A DNA stretch of 64,000 nucleotides, from NCBI GenBank assembly GCA_036172245.1, contig JAYWIR010000008.1:1984001-2048000 (forward strand), read 5' to 3'. Origin of the DNA: Raillietiella orientalis. Its lineage: Eukaryota. The notes below the pieces were generated by a model. The model was not told the DNA's origin. It did not search any database and saw only the letters and a list, made by a program, of their open reading frames with translations. Made by a program: the position numbers and the translations under genes. Shown piece after piece: positions 26,454 to 41,400 of the stretch (within the stretch, counting starts at the first letter, position 1; each line of letters starts with the position of its first letter).

Positions 26454-29400
26454 ATGCAACCCAGTGAAACTGCCTGCCTGAATTTCATAGACCTGTCCAA
26501 TCTAGGATTGCATGATATAACTGTAAAAGATGACAGAGCAGAATGCATTCAGGTACTAGAAAGTATGAAACCATGTATTTCTGACAAATTGTAAACGAAT
26601 TTGCTTTATAATGTTGTTGATGTGAGTGATTGCTAAGAGTTTCTTTTTTTACGTTATGATCATGCCTCACCTTGCTTTAAGAAATAATTTATTTCACAGC
26701 AAGAAATCTATACAGCTCTTCTATCAGTTATTGTAGTTCAAGCACTGTGCGCTTAGAACCTATTTCATGAACTCTGAACTTAATATTTACACGGTGCTTC
26801 CTGTTGATATATTCATTCTTTGGACTATTTGCATAGGTATAGGGATAAGACGCACCTAAATGAATACGTGAATGATAGCAGATATTTGGAAAAAAAAACC
26901 ATGATTCACAGAAACAGATGATGTGCTTTCATTCTAGTGGTATAGATTTTGCAAAGAGTTTCCACTGATGGAAACACTGGACAGCACTTCCTTGTGTTCC
27001 TCCCCCCCCCCCTCATATACAGCATTTTTTGGAGTATAATTAGAGTCCCTTAATTTAACTTAATAACAGGAAACCAAATATATTTCAAGATTTTCTGATT
27101 AGGATTGGCAATGAAGAGAAAAGCATGTCTTACGGATTAGCATTTTTCGATTAAAAAAACTAGCATGTTATAAATGACCTTGTTTTTTTTGGTTGTTTTC
27201 ATGTTCCTGAATTGTTTTCTTACGTATTTGCACAGCATCGGTATTTGGTACCTCAGGAAGTGAAATCAGTGTAATGTAGCGATTTTTAGTTAGCATACCT
27301 AATTGAATGCAATAAAATTAAAACTTCTAATATGAAATGAGTTGTAAGTATCTTCAGGTCGAGCTCTTAATCATCCTCAACGGAAAAATTTGCAACATGT
27401 AGTATTGCAAATATGATAGCTTATCTGATTCAATCAAAAATGCATAAATTTTTTTTAAAATTTTGGATTCCTAAACAAGGTTTTGCAGAATCGCTTCGGA
27501 AGCAAACCTAAATCTTCAACAGTAATCTGAGGAAGCTTATGCATAGAAGAAATTGCATCTACAAAATATGAAAGGTTTATTTGAAAGTCATGGTTGGAAT
27601 TTTCTGAATTTGGATTTTTATCCTGTTCCCGAAATTTTTGCGATTAACCTAAATTGCCTTTTCGTGGTAAACTTGCATGCAGCTCGGCCGCGTATTTGCT
27701 GACCTACCTGGTTTCCCCACCGAGACCTAAAAATGTGTCTCCTCCGATACTCCCTCCCTTAGCAGCTGATTTAATTAGTAACAACTGCGTTCACCAGCAC
27801 AAGAGTTTTTTTCATCGCCTTTCCGGGAGATCTCGAACAGAGATGCACTTACTGTGCTGCCTATTTCCGTTGCGGAGAGGGTAGCAGGAAATGAGTTACC
27901 AAGTGCATGAGCGGCATGTCATCAGCAAATTGCTACCTGAAACTAGCATTAACGGTGCATCCTCTTAGAAGATTCCCTCGCAGGCGACGACGTAGTGTGC
28001 CATGAGTTCCTGTGGATATCAAACATCACAAGGGCCAAAGGCATCAATGGGTAGATCAAAGCAATGGATAGATCTTTTGAAAAAATCGACTGAAAGTTCC
28101 TCCGGTGGCATCTCTTAAGAAGAACGGAAGAATGAGGCTCAGTTCCTGGACTCTGACACAGAAGTAGTTGACAAGCTAAACGCTTCTGATCCCTCCTTGT
28201 GCAGAGTTTCCAAGAGAATTGTATAGTATGCGAGTTATGCGATCCTATGTGCTATTTTCCCCTTGGAATGCTTCGTCACTGCCAACTCAACATAGCCAAG
28301 AAAAACATAGCAACAGAACAGTTCAATTATGGGCTGGTAGTAGCATCGAAGCGTCGAGAAAGCTCAGGGTCACAAAAGAGTTTTTCAATTGTACGGGATT
28401 GGCAGGCGCTGGAGGCGTACGAGATGAAGAATAGCATTTTAGGTGTGAAACTCCTTATTCAGATAAGTGTTTCTCGAAGATAGAGGACGGTGATCGTACA
28501 GTCTCAGTTGCAGGCATCCCAAGATGCTCAGGGTATTCTTCAGAGAGGAGGCAATGATCTGAAGAGCACTGTCTCCTCTGAACATTCCCAAAAACTTGGC
28601 AACGTAATGGATCAGTGAACGAACACCAAGTCAGTGATAATGAAGCTGAAGAAATCAAACACAGTCCTCGACTGATAGCAATCGAAAGACAAAGTCGAAT
28701 ATTTACTGGTGGTTTTTTAGCTTGAATTTCTCAAGGTACCCTGATTTCATGCCTAAGAGAAATCAGGGGGTAACTCTCTTGGATCGTGTCTGAAAAAAGA
28801 GCTCTTTGCTTAGCGAACCGATTTGCAAATCCCTGGTATTTGCAAGCAAAGAGGTCTGTTTCCTGATTAGAGATTCAACTGCTCGCAAATGAAAACCGCT
28901 TCATGAAACTGTGGGGATCGGTGGCATGGACCATCACCATCACACCATACGGCCGTTTATAATGCTTCCAGATGCATTCCTATAACTAATCCATATCTTT
29001 GTTCCTGCTCTGTTGAGGAGCTCATTCGTATCTCTTGAGTGGTTTTTCGAACGAAGCAATGTTCCCTGACGGGCAGGAAAGTCGCAGACTCCAAAAGTAG
29101 AGCAGAAGCGTTCGAGTGATAGCAGAAGAGTGTCGGCCAGCATCAAGCGTGGAAGCGGACTTGTCTCCATGTTAGCTGCTCTGAAACACAGCTGGAACAA
29201 TAGGAGTGGAATTCCAGAGATTCAGCGAATCAGGTGTGCTTGGACTTCAGAGCAAGTTTCTTTCTGACCAGCTAGTCTTGACCTTCACAACAAGATTTGG
29301 AAGCAGTCGATTTGTTTGCACTCCAAAGGCAGAGAGCAGTTTGTTACCTTTGCAAACCCGAGTAGTCGGATGGAAGGACTCTGATCAGATGATCAAAATG

Positions 29401-32400
29401 TTCGAATCGGGAAGCACTTGAGCATCTTCCTCCCAAGATCTCCGGGAATTCGATGTGGCTGCTTCAGGAAACGAAGACTCTAAATCCTCCAGCGGTGTGC
29501 TCAAAGCTGTGGACTGGCTGGGGGTTGCTTTGTAGTCGCAAGTCGATCTGGCAATAAAGGATGTTTGCGGTGACTCGGTAAAGTGGTAGGAAGGCGCTCT
29601 TGCACTCGAAAACGATTGTAGGAGTTCCAGAAACCATTTCTGTACACTTCAGCAGATAGATGCGATAGAGACTCGGAAGTTCCTCCAAGTGATCGAACTT
29701 TGTGATTTTGTCTCCTGTGGTACACAGAAGGGCTTATTGGGAAGGCCCATGATGTCGTTGTCGCGAGGATCAAGGGTTGTTTCCCTGCGGGCTGCCAGCT
29801 TGGTTTCCGAGGCGTTGCCGTCTGGCACCTTCGGAAAGCTTCTTGACGTTTTCATAAGTTGGTCGTTCCAAGGAGAACTTCGTGTGGCTTCTCGATGTCT
29901 TGGAGGGCAAGCAGGAGGATGACCGGAAGAGCAGTCACCACCACAGCTAGGGCTTTCACAACGATCACAGCTGGATGAACTCCTCCCAAGGAGACTTCCA
30001 GAAGCGGTTGGATGCTAGGGATTGGATGCTCATCCAGAGATGCTAGGGAGTCACGAATACCTTTGTACCCCTCGTAAGGGTCAGAACTTTTTTCTTCATG
30101 ATAGGGACCCCGCCCCTTATTTCGTCCTTGGATGCACCTGCACCACCCGCTCCACCTCAGACTTCTTTTCCTACATCACTCCGATGCTCCTCCCGCGACT
30201 GGATCTGAGTGGTAATGGGAAAGCCTACCAAGGCTACGCTGCTCAGCCCTCTTTTCCACAACCCCATTGCCGTCTCCATCCCTATCTCTCTATTCCGTCA
30301 CATGAACCATTTTCTCCCTGCTCGGATCCTTCTTTACTTTTCAGGACTCCTTTTCTTCTTGCGTGCTACTCTCTTCTGGAGTTTCTATGTGGCCACGCTG
30401 CATGGAAATTATTCTCAGCTTCAGGCTGCCACCGCTTCTGGCTTTCATCTTTTCGGTCCTTACCGTATCGTCTTTCTCTAAAGCTTCAGGCTTTTCCTGC
30501 ATTTGTCTCTCAGGCAGAAATAGTCTTTCATCTTGCGGTAGTCATGGTTTCTCTGTCAAACTTTCATTAGGTTGCCTGCCCTTTTTCCATTTCTCTTCAC
30601 GGCGGATTCCGTTTCCTAGTCCATGCCACACATCGTCTCGAAGAATGTAGGAAGTATTCCAAGATCTTCCAGACCCGTGTTTCTAGCATTGCCTTTGCTT
30701 TTGCTTTTCTGGAAGAAAAGGGAAGAGTTGATGTTTCCCCTTTAAGCGGCACGGATTTCATTTCCCGTAGCTTTCACTTATGAAGAGCTCTGGAGAGATC
30801 AGCCGCTATGAGTGTGCCATCAGCGTGTAGTCGATGCAACCAAAGTGATCGACATTGATGAAGTGTCTAGTGCTTATGTAAAGCATCAGGGAGACTGTCT
30901 TACGTGTATGCGTTGTTGGGGTCAAAGTTGAAGTCGAACACTCTAAATCTCATCTTCAAGCAAGGGTGTGAGAGCATGCGCGCGTTTATACCTGGGCAGA
31001 TGGCTGCTTGGAGGAAGTCGTTCTTCGGCCCTCCCCCCCAATTGCATTTTTGACTTTCCTCCGCATGAAGATCTCGTGCCTTTGGCCTCCCATACGAGGA
31101 CCGAACAGGAGTTGTCATCAAGCGAGGCCCGCCACGGGAGAATGCGATCAACGGAGAGAGTTTCGCCGTTTCCCGAGTCACAAATCGGAAACCAATGGCA
31201 ACGAAACACTCACCATCAGAAATTTACTGCCGCGGTAGCTGTCATTCCTCTGCCTGCATGAATTCTTGGCCCATAGAAAGCTGCTTCTGGCCCCTCGCTG
31301 AAGACCGTGTGCCTGCGGTCTCCGCGCTCGATGCCACGCGTTGAGAGTTCGAATCCCATGCAGGGAAAGATCAGCACTGAGAACGGAGGGTTGGTCGTGG
31401 GTTTCGAGTTCCCCCTCAAGATAATGCTAGTTGGTCCAAGGGTGCGGCAGTTCTGGAAGACGGATGCCTCTGCTGACTGGCCGGGTCCTTCCAGCAATCA
31501 AACTGTGAAAATAGCGCCGTCTCCTCCTTCCCTTCCTCTGGGGGACTTTCCACTGTGTGCCATGGAGCTGGTTGATACCTCGTAGGGGGTTGCCTCTCCA
31601 GAGTATTATTGAGACGCCCTCCAGAGAGATCGGAAACGTACCTTCGGGATTCTCTTCAGAGGAGGGAACAAGGCACTCATCCTTTCCGGGGAGTCCCTTC
31701 GGAGCGAATAAGGAAAAAAGGCTCCCTCCAAACGTAAGAGGAACGGATTCCTTCCTCCGTAGCCTTCATAAGGCGGTCCCTCCGAGGTTGCCCCCTACAA
31801 CTTGAGTTGTTACAGAAACCTTCGTGTGGCTGGAACAGTGCGAGAGAGCTTCGTGAGCCCCTAGGCGGGAACGGTTCTTGAGTACTCAAGTGACACCCAA
31901 AACGAAAACTTGAAAAAAGAAAAAGCTGGAAGGAAAGCAGTGAAACAGAAGAACCCAAAAGGATTTCCGTCGTCCTAGGCAATTAGCAACGATCTCCCCG
32001 TGAGGTTCGCTCCTGGCCTTTTAAAATGGAGAGCAGATCATTTTCCGAGAAATCGAGCGCTCCAAGCAACGTGAATATGGACCGCGCTCGTGATGTGGAC
32101 AAAGGAAGCAGCTTTTCTCCGGAAGTATGTGCTTTTTGAAGACGCAGTTCGTCAGAGAGCAGAGAGGCACACCCCTCACTTAGCAGACCCAACATCAGGA
32201 TCCCGTCGTATGGAAAATAACAGCTATGTGGTGCTTATCCTATTCTCGCACGTTTGATTTGGCTCCTTCGCAGTAGTCATTCGTGAGCACACACGGAAGT
32301 GACGAAAAAAACAAACACAGAGTCATCTTCTCATTCATAGTAAAAGTCTTTTATACAGAGCTCGGCTGTTCCTCAGATGCTTGCGTCAGTCGTCCAGATC

Positions 32401-35400
32401 CCGGAAAAATTTGATCGCCTTCGTATGATCGAATGCTTCGAGTCCCAGCAAGTGATGAACGTCCGTTCCGAGTTGTTTGGTACAGCATGGGTACCAAGTA
32501 TCCGTCTGCGTCTTCGTCGCTCGTTTCGTGTCCGCTTCCTCTCTTCACGATCTCGCGTTCACGGAATAGGTGGCTGAACTGGCACTGGGGCGGAGATGGC
32601 CGGAAGGATTCCTCAGCAACAAGGGCTGCAGAAACGCAAGGGGTAAACTGGGAAGACTCGGAAGAGAAATCTGCAACGCGAAAGATGCACCGAAGAAATT
32701 CCATTCCTTCAGTGTGTGTCAACAACGGAAATGGAGGAAATACGAAACCATTCTAAGGAGTCTCCGATTCGGGTCTTAGGTTGTTGCAACCCCAAACCGA
32801 ACCTTTGGCTTACAGCTTTTCCACGAGGGCAATCGTCCAGTGAACTTGCCTCACCACGTGTTGGAGCCCACCAGAATACAGCAGCACGAACTGGTGTTAT
32901 CGCGGGAACTCGGACTTTTTTCTTTCTAATCTTTCTCTTCTTTCCATTCTGATATTCTGATTCAGGCATTTCCTTAAGTAGCGCATCCAAGGCTTTTTGC
33001 AAAAGAGCGGAAATCGCAGAATTAAACAGAGTGAAGTGATCGGAAGCGAACCTGGAAGATGGTTTCCTGTAACTTGCGCGTTTTAATGATTTGTTGCCAT
33101 TCGGTATTCAGTTTCTCATGAACTTTTCATTCTAGTATTTCTATCTGAAAGGAAATCATCTGAAGGAGATCCCTCACCCTCTCACCACCAAATTCAAGAA
33201 TCTTGTATGGTTAGACGTAAGGGATAACGAAATTCAGTCTCTGAGCTCAGAGATAGCAGAGCTAAAATTGCTGGAAGTCGTTCTTCTCGATAACAATTTG
33301 CTTGCCGAATTGCCGGATGAGATAGGTATGGCAAGGATCCTTCTTTCTTCATGCACGCTTGCGTTTCCTAGGGTACGGGAAAGGTGGGTGTTTCTTTCCA
33401 AAGTCTCTTTTGACCGATGCTCTCACCATAACCCAAAGTGCGATTTACGATCCGAGTGAACACAATCTCGAATTACCATTCATCGCATAGAGATTTGTGC
33501 TTGCTTTTCCCGTGCCTCCTCCGTGGATCAGGTGTGCGCACATCTGCCGCAATGACCTTTTCTGCTTCCCGGCGAACCAGCAGTTCGGTCTGGGTTTCGA
33601 AAAAAGCCGAGTCCTATGTAGCTCAGGATCTACTTATGTACGCGGAAATTCTCCCACTTTGAGGTGCGAGGTGAAACCGATCCTTGCGTCTGTACATGCA
33701 GCAAACGATCTGGTCATGTGTGGGATTTTCGATTTTCGGGGTGTGTGCCCCTTCTCATTGGAAACTTCATATCAGGGTCGAATTCAGGGAGTTCGTAAGC
33801 GATGAAGAAGAAAGAAAGAAAAAAGAATAGAAAGAGAAAAACGAAACCCATGTGGATAATCGCACGTTGGATCCCGAAAGAAGGGAGTCACTGAAATCAT
33901 TGATACCCACACTGAGTTGAGAGAAATTTCGCTTTCATTTTCAACTCGCTCGCCACTCAGTCAGTGCATCACTTCTCCCTCCGGTGAGACGTGGATCTCT
34001 CCTTGTTCTGCTAACGACTTACACCGTCGGAGTTGTGGCTGTCTTCGCATGGTGCGCACGCACCAGAGCGTGTGCGTGTGTTTACCTAATCAGATGCAAG
34101 TCCAGTTCCCACTTCGGTTTCCGTAGGTGACCAGGAGGTTACCGCCCGAGAGTCTCGCGAAGTTCATGCAACGGGTAGATGGGATGGGCTTCTTTCTGTC
34201 GGATGTCGGCTTGTCCGGTGTCGGAGAATCCTTGCAGCCTTCTGCCCGAAATGCCCGGATGCCGATGCACGTCTCGGCTGGAACCTCTGAGACTGCGTCG
34301 CGGAATCTACTCCTGTCGAGGCTTCCTGTGACCGAAAGTCAGCACAGCCCCTGGCTAGTTTACTACGCGGGAAGAACAAGAGGCTAAGCTGTACATTCGG
34401 ATGCTCCTTCGAGTAAAAAAAAAAGGAGATCGAGAATTTTCTGCTGTGAACGGTGTCTCAGAAATGCTCTCATCGTTTCCATGAATCATTCGCTTTAACG
34501 CAAGGAAGAACGAAATCTTCGCAACCGTTAGTGCGAGGAAAGGAACGCTGAGAGTTTTTGAGAGTCTTTTGTTCAACGACAACGGGAAATGGGCTGGAGT
34601 GGTAGTCAAATTTCGGGAAAATGCAATAACGAGTTGATGAGTCTGCTCCATCCATTTGGAAGCTTCTGAGGTTTCCGATATGAAAAATCGACCACATTTT
34701 CTTCGGAACACTTCCGGTCGTCAGATCTCATGTCTCCTGGAATAACGTGCCGGATCCATATAACGTGTAGAGGATGACGTATGGATTTGTTCGCGTATGA
34801 GGGGGAAATCCATACGAAAGGTACACAGGTGCTCCACCATTCGTGTATTCGCATCCCCACCACAGTTTGATGAACGTTACAGTCATCAATCAAGCAGTCA
34901 GGAATCCAAGGAAGCAACGCGACATTGTGAAGAGTCGTTTCAAAAGAGGTCGCGCCGGCGGTTGTTGCAACACCGAAACGAAGTTTGTGAAATCGTTGTG
35001 TTCTGTCCTGTTCTGGAGGTCTTGCCGCGCGTACCCGCCTGAATGAATGCACAGAACAGATGAGAAGTGATGACCTGGAAATCGCTTCCTCGGGAGAGCG
35101 GGGAGCCTACCCAGGGCGGGAAAGTCGATTCCTGCGTGGTAGAATCTTTCTCCATGCTGTGCGTCCACAATGCAATAATTAATCACTGAAGCCACCCTCG
35201 TGGGAAGCCAAAGGGATTGCTGCCATCTATTCCACAAAATCGGATTGTTCCCAACCAAGTGTGTGAAACGTGGCTCAAAGGTTTCTTCCTCTTCTCACTT
35301 GTCACTTTCGGCTGACAGAGGACAATCATTTTTTCTTATTTCGCACATTGCTCATCCTTGTTATCAACAAAACAGGTGATGAAGAAGAAAAAAAAAATTG

Positions 35401-38400
35401 AGAAGATTCATCTTCTCTTTTTGCCATCTGCACTTTTCGATGACCCCACTTTTCATCCCCCTTAGGCCGTAATCGGTTAATGTTCCTACAATAGCGAATT
35501 AGCACTTTTAGCCAGTTCCTGTTTCGTGGAATCCATCACTTGATGAAGGGTGCATCCTGCTGATTGTGCGTTTTCGGTGGATCACGTACGTACGAAATAA
35601 CCGTTGCCTTTTGCACGTTTTATTACGGGATGCTGCATGCTTTCTGCAATGATCCACCCAAATCATCAACAAAAAGGCACTAGTTATCCCAAAACAACAA
35701 AATCTTGCAGGCCCCTGAAAGCTAAGAATTGAAACAGAACTGAAAAACAAACAGGGGGACGAGGGATCGTCCCCAGGCATTGCTTCCTGGGACCCGTAGA
35801 CCTGTGGCAACTCGGTCATTCACACGCCAGCGCAGGCTTCACTTGCGGACGAGCCTCATCCCGCATGCCGAGCGTCGTGACATGAAGTCAAGGACTCTTC
35901 GCACGTCCGCAGAAAGGCCCGTTATAGTAAATACGAAGTACTGCCACAGTGAACGAAGTACCGTATACATACGGTACTCCAAAGATGATTGCAAATTGCC
36001 GAGCTTGTGGCGCTTATGCGCTTGTCGTGGCCAGTCTTCCTGCTCGAAGATTTTGCGAGTGAGACTCGGCACGTGTTGTAGCTGCTTCGTCGCTTTCGCT
36101 GGGAAAACTTTGGCCGTTTTCCCCGACTCGAAGGGCAAGCACGCCGGATTTCCCTTTTCGTTTGGCGTGTCTTTCCGGAACAGGGTGCAATCCGCGGTGT
36201 TGCGCGTGTCCGCCGCATCGACCAGTGGCATGTAGATGAGAGTGTTTGCGACAACTCACAACAGGCCGTGTGATGCAACCGTTACGTCAATCACCTTCGC
36301 TCAATTACTGTGATTATGCAAAATTATCTCCACCTCAAGCGTGCAACCGGCACGTAACCAGGCTGCCATTCGGCATCTCACGTGAGTCCTTTCGGCTCCT
36401 GGCCGAAAGGACTCCGAGCTTGGAAGCTCTTGCTCCAAGGTTTGGTGTTCTTGGATGTGTTGGAGCGAAGCACACGGTGGAATCTTGCACACCTGTTTGC
36501 AGATGCGATCCCTCTTTTGTGGTCATTTTGCATTCAGGTCGCAAGAGTGCACTATTCGCTTTAGGCATTTAGCTACCCTATCTTGAAAATGAGTGTTCTC
36601 TCGCGAACCGTTTCCTGCATTCCCCCAAGGTGTCGCACACGTCAGCACCGGAAGCTCCTCCATTCCTGAGTTTGCGCGATGCTCTCTGGGCATCCCGAGC
36701 GGGATAAATAAATGAAAAGAGGGAAGAGTCCGAGAGGACTACGACGAGGAATCCACGTCTCTTCTGCCGTGAAACTGTTGGTTTCGAAGGTCCGTTGCTA
36801 AGCACACGGAAAAAATCGACTTTCCTTTTTGACCTCTGTGCTGCACTGCCGATCCAAACTCTTTTCAATTTTTTTTTGGTTTTGGATCGCATAGCTCCAA
36901 AACGCAATCTGAAGTGATCCACCCTCATCTCAGCAACTTTCTCGTTTGATTTCGATACGTTTCCAACCGTTCTTCCGTCAACGTTCCTGCTTCGTCATTT
37001 CAGAGATGATTCTGTGCAAAGAGGTGCAGAGATCTCATGCGCAATCTCGCAAAATCCAGGATTCTCTGAGCTGAATTTAGAGTGATGGGTGGTTCTAGCA
37101 CTTGGTTCAGCTCACGCTCCACACTTGAGCCAGAGCACCAACACGCGCTTGTGAGAACCACGGCAGCTAGCTCGCGCTGCACAGATGCCAACTTCTATCC
37201 AGAGACCAACACTCCAACCACGCCGTTAGTGTCAACTATCGATCTGAAAGGTCTTATTGTCCTCACCTTCCTGAGATGTTGGATAATGTAATTTATCGAA
37301 CTTGGAGGGATGAAATTTAAATCAAATTTTATTCTTCACTGCTCCTTTATTCAATGTTTTTTTTTTTTTTGTCAACATAATTAAAATTCAGAGGCGTGAC
37401 CTCCTGTTCCAGCATGGATTGTTTGAACAGATGTGTGATCTCGCTTAATTGATATGTACTTCTTTTCTGATGATGAATGCCAGGTTTCAAGTTCCAGGTT
37501 TCAAGTTCCAGGTTTCAAGTGATTCAGGCCACCATAGCAACCGAGGAACCTTTTGTGTATTTTCTGAGTACACCTCGTTGCTCGCATCCTTCTTTCCCTA
37601 TAATTGGAGGTCTCGAGATCATTTTCTATGAAACTTTAAAAATGTTTTCGCAAAAACTTTCCCCACCCAGTAGTTTTACCCGAAGGGTTTTAGGGCATTG
37701 TCCTTCGCGAAAGACTTCAGATATTCGATTCAACTCCGGCCCACACTACAATTCAGTTTTCCAACAGCTTCGCCCTTCCATTACGATGGCTCGCAGGGAG
37801 TTGGGTTCTGCAAGAAATATCATATTTCAGACATTTAATATCCATTGTACTGCATCATCGTCATCGTAATGGTGGTGACAGCAGTGCATTCAAGCAAGGC
37901 TGAAGAACATCCGGGGCGTTTCACATAAGGAAACAGAACTGATTCGGTGAGCAGCAGCAAGACTTGAGAGAACCGGCAAGAAGAGTTGTGATGGACGAAA
38001 GCTCATTATGGAATAAGTTTTAATGGAATTATGGAATGAGTGCGACTTTGACTGGAATGCGAAAGAATCGGTAGATAGCGACGGATAAGCAAAGGATGAG
38101 GCAATTCACAAACTGAAAAGGTGCACCACGGACACTAAGATTCCCAATGAAGAAAAACATTGACCCCTGGGCTTTTTGGTGGGAATAATAAAGCGTTTTC
38201 ATGGAGACAACCCGTAATCTGTGCAGACAAATTGCATGTGGAAGTTTGGGAACACTTCACAGAGAATCCGAGGTCGAAGACGTGTTTCGTATCTCCTCCT
38301 GCGAGGCACAGGGAAGCACGCAGTGCCGAAGCTGAAAATCAGCTCAGGCGAAGCGAGGTCACCTATCTGTTTGGTCGTTTGCAGTGCGGCAGTGTGTTCC

Positions 38401-41400
38401 AAAGGCCCTCCCTCAGCCGGCGAACCTTCACCTGTGAATCTCTTCTTGCCATGCTCGACTCGAACCCTTCTTGTCTTCGAAAAGCGGGCATCGAATCTTC
38501 GCCTCCATCTTTTGAGACCCTTACTTAGGAATGCAGCAGTTCAGAGGTAATGCTTTTTCATCTGCCTTCTTTGAAGGAGAGGACGACTACACAAACATAA
38601 CTGATGAAAAACAAAGCAGCAGCCAGGGAAAGTGGGAAGGCATTCCGAAATCGTATAAATTGAAAAAACAAACAAACAAATGGAAGGGTATATCGTATGT
38701 TTAGAACATGGAATAGAATATTCAGAAAATACGTAAAGATTACTAGAATAGACTCGTCAGTAGATACAAAGGTTCACTTCTTGTAACAAACGCTAAACGA
38801 GACTCCTGGTTTCGAGAACAGAGCTGTCCTCGGGACTCGTCTTAATTACCAAGAAGGCTCGGGAAACCTCTGTACCACGCTGTGACATTCAGTGAGCCTG
38901 GAGCGCACGCTTCACAGAAAATCGTGATTCTCCATCGTGGATCTTGGGGGAATCGTGAGCTCATCTTTCCCAACATGGGCGGGGCGCGCTGGAAAATCTT
39001 TCTTCGCAGAGAAGCAAACAACGGGGGTATCCTCTTGCTTCTATTCAAGGACGACGTCAAACGCGTTTTGGAAGGGTCGTCGGTTATCCCTCCTGTGCGC
39101 TATGGCCAGCAATTTGATCCGGGAAGCCAGGACTTCCATTCAGAACCGTTTCGTTAGCTCGACAGAAACCGACATCTTGCTGTCGAGAGCGTTTCAGAAG
39201 TTCATCTTTTTTCCTAACCATCCTCAAGGAAACTCGTGGACTGCTCCAGCGGAATCTTTGATTGCAGTCCCCCCAGAGAGAAAGAAGCTTCAACATACAA
39301 ATATCACAGAACTCTATAGAAAAAAAAAAAAAAAGCGGTTCGCTTAGTGATTTTCTGAGCGCTGTGCACGACTGCGCTCTTGTGGTTCTTCCTAACAGAG
39401 TTTGTACTTTCAGGTTGCTTACGTCATCTCAAGAAACTTGGATTATCGGGTAATCCTTTGATCCGACCTCCGGCTTCCGTCATCAGCGAAGGACTGCGAA
39501 GCATATTATCCTACTTCCGGGAGAAGAAGTTTTCAGGCTCTCCCGCCGACTGCTCGCAAAAAACACAAGGTCATTTCGAAAAACCGACCGCGAGCTCTGT
39601 TGGCGGCCACGTGGTCATCTCCAACCATCGTCCATCGGGAGATGATGTACTTGATCCTCCTCCCCGCTTTCGCGCGCCGACACGCGCAAGAGCGGCTCCC
39701 CGCGTGGCATCTAGGCGAGATGATGCAAGCGCTGCGCGACGTAACAGGAGCATCCAGCTGCCTCAAGAGGGTTCACTCGAGGTCGGAATTTGTTCCTCCG
39801 GACCGCAAACAGTGCAACCGGAGGGCTCTCGATTTTCCGGTGGCAGCGACCACGAACGTGCGATCGCGATCGGTTGGTTCACCCGTTCCTTTCTGGAATG
39901 CTCTGAGCCTCCCACGGGAATCTCGTGTCGACGGCCGGAGTATCGCCATGGGTTCCCTGTCTCCACTTGCATGCGTTCGCTCACCGAGAAAACCGAAAAC
40001 AAAAAAAATCGAGAGAGCGTACAGCTTCTGAATTCAAGCCTTTCCCGTAGTGAACTTATAAAGTGGAGACAAAAAAAAAAATCGTCGGAATGAAGATTTG
40101 CACGTTTGGTGGCACGTTTTTGCCTCCTTTTTTCGAACCTCACGGATCTTTACGGTGCCGATGAAAACATCTTGTCCTGAGAGAATGCTCAAGAACACCG
40201 GTTCGATTCGTCATTAATAGCAAAACAAGGACATTTTATACCAAGAGTCAACAAGGCAGAAAGGATTTGGACAGGTCTTCTGTCCACATGAGTTGACCAA
40301 AGCAGTCGCTACCGTCGTTGTTACCTAGTCGATCGGGTATGTAGATTAGAGGATGCCGATGAATCTCTACGCTAAACATCGCATAGAACAGCGATTGGTT
40401 TAAACGCAGCCAAGGATTTATTTAGGTAAAGTAAGTAAAAAAAAAAAAAAATGACCATCAGTAAACAAGAGTCGACCTTGTGTAATTAACGGTATGAACT
40501 AACGAAAGCATTAATGGAATTAATTTTGGGCACTTCGTGTTCTGCAGCTGTAACCTGGACATGCTCGCCACTAGGCATCCCATGCAAGTGGTTTCATGGC
40601 CTTTTGTGCTCTTTACAGACAGGACCCATGCTTTTCAAGAAAACTCAAGTGGGCGAGAACACGGAGGCAGTCCACGGGGACAAGATAGCCAGATGGATCG
40701 TGGCAGGAGGGTAACTCCGGGGCGCGAATAGGTCGGATGCGAAATTTGGCTTCTTTTCAGGTGATTATCAAGAAAACTTCCAAGGCGTGGGCAAAAGCAT
40801 CCAGACAGAACGTCGGAAAGAGGTAGGATTTCGGAAAGACGCAGGATTTCGGAAAGACGCAGGATTTCGCATTCTTAGAAAAAGTGATTCGTAACTCCTG
40901 GATTCTGGATCTGGGAATGAACGCTTCGCACTCCCCATATAGCATACTCTACCGTCAAAAAAAAAAAAAAAAAAACACCGCATTCCGAGATTGTCCTTGA
41001 AACCTTTACGCGATCTTCCGAGAAAATGGCGCACGTTGCTCACCAAGGAGGCTGATCAGTAACAATCACGGCTGCGTATCCCTTAGGAAGCGGTCGAGTC
41101 AATCGCGTCCTCCCTCTAAAGGACGCAGCTACTTAGGAATACTCACATCCTGTTTGGGGGTTTCGTAAGAATTCCTCATCTGAATTCCTCTTTTTCGCTG
41201 CGGATGATCTCGAGGCCGAAGCCATTTGACTACCCGTTTGCGAGTTCTTCTCCGATCCAGCAGATTTTCTCCCAGCGCAGTCGTTAGAAATGAATGACGG
41301 AGCTGCTGGCACTTTTGCGCCGAATCGGTGATTGCTCTTCAAGCACGGTGTGTTCCGAAACGCGCGCCGAGTTTCCGATGGCGGGCGAAGTCACGCGATG

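Noticed and set aside
37480..40869. CRISPR-like arrays from the short direct repeats
   Set aside because: The units are head-to-tail without spacers, the context is eukaryotic and there are no cas genes.
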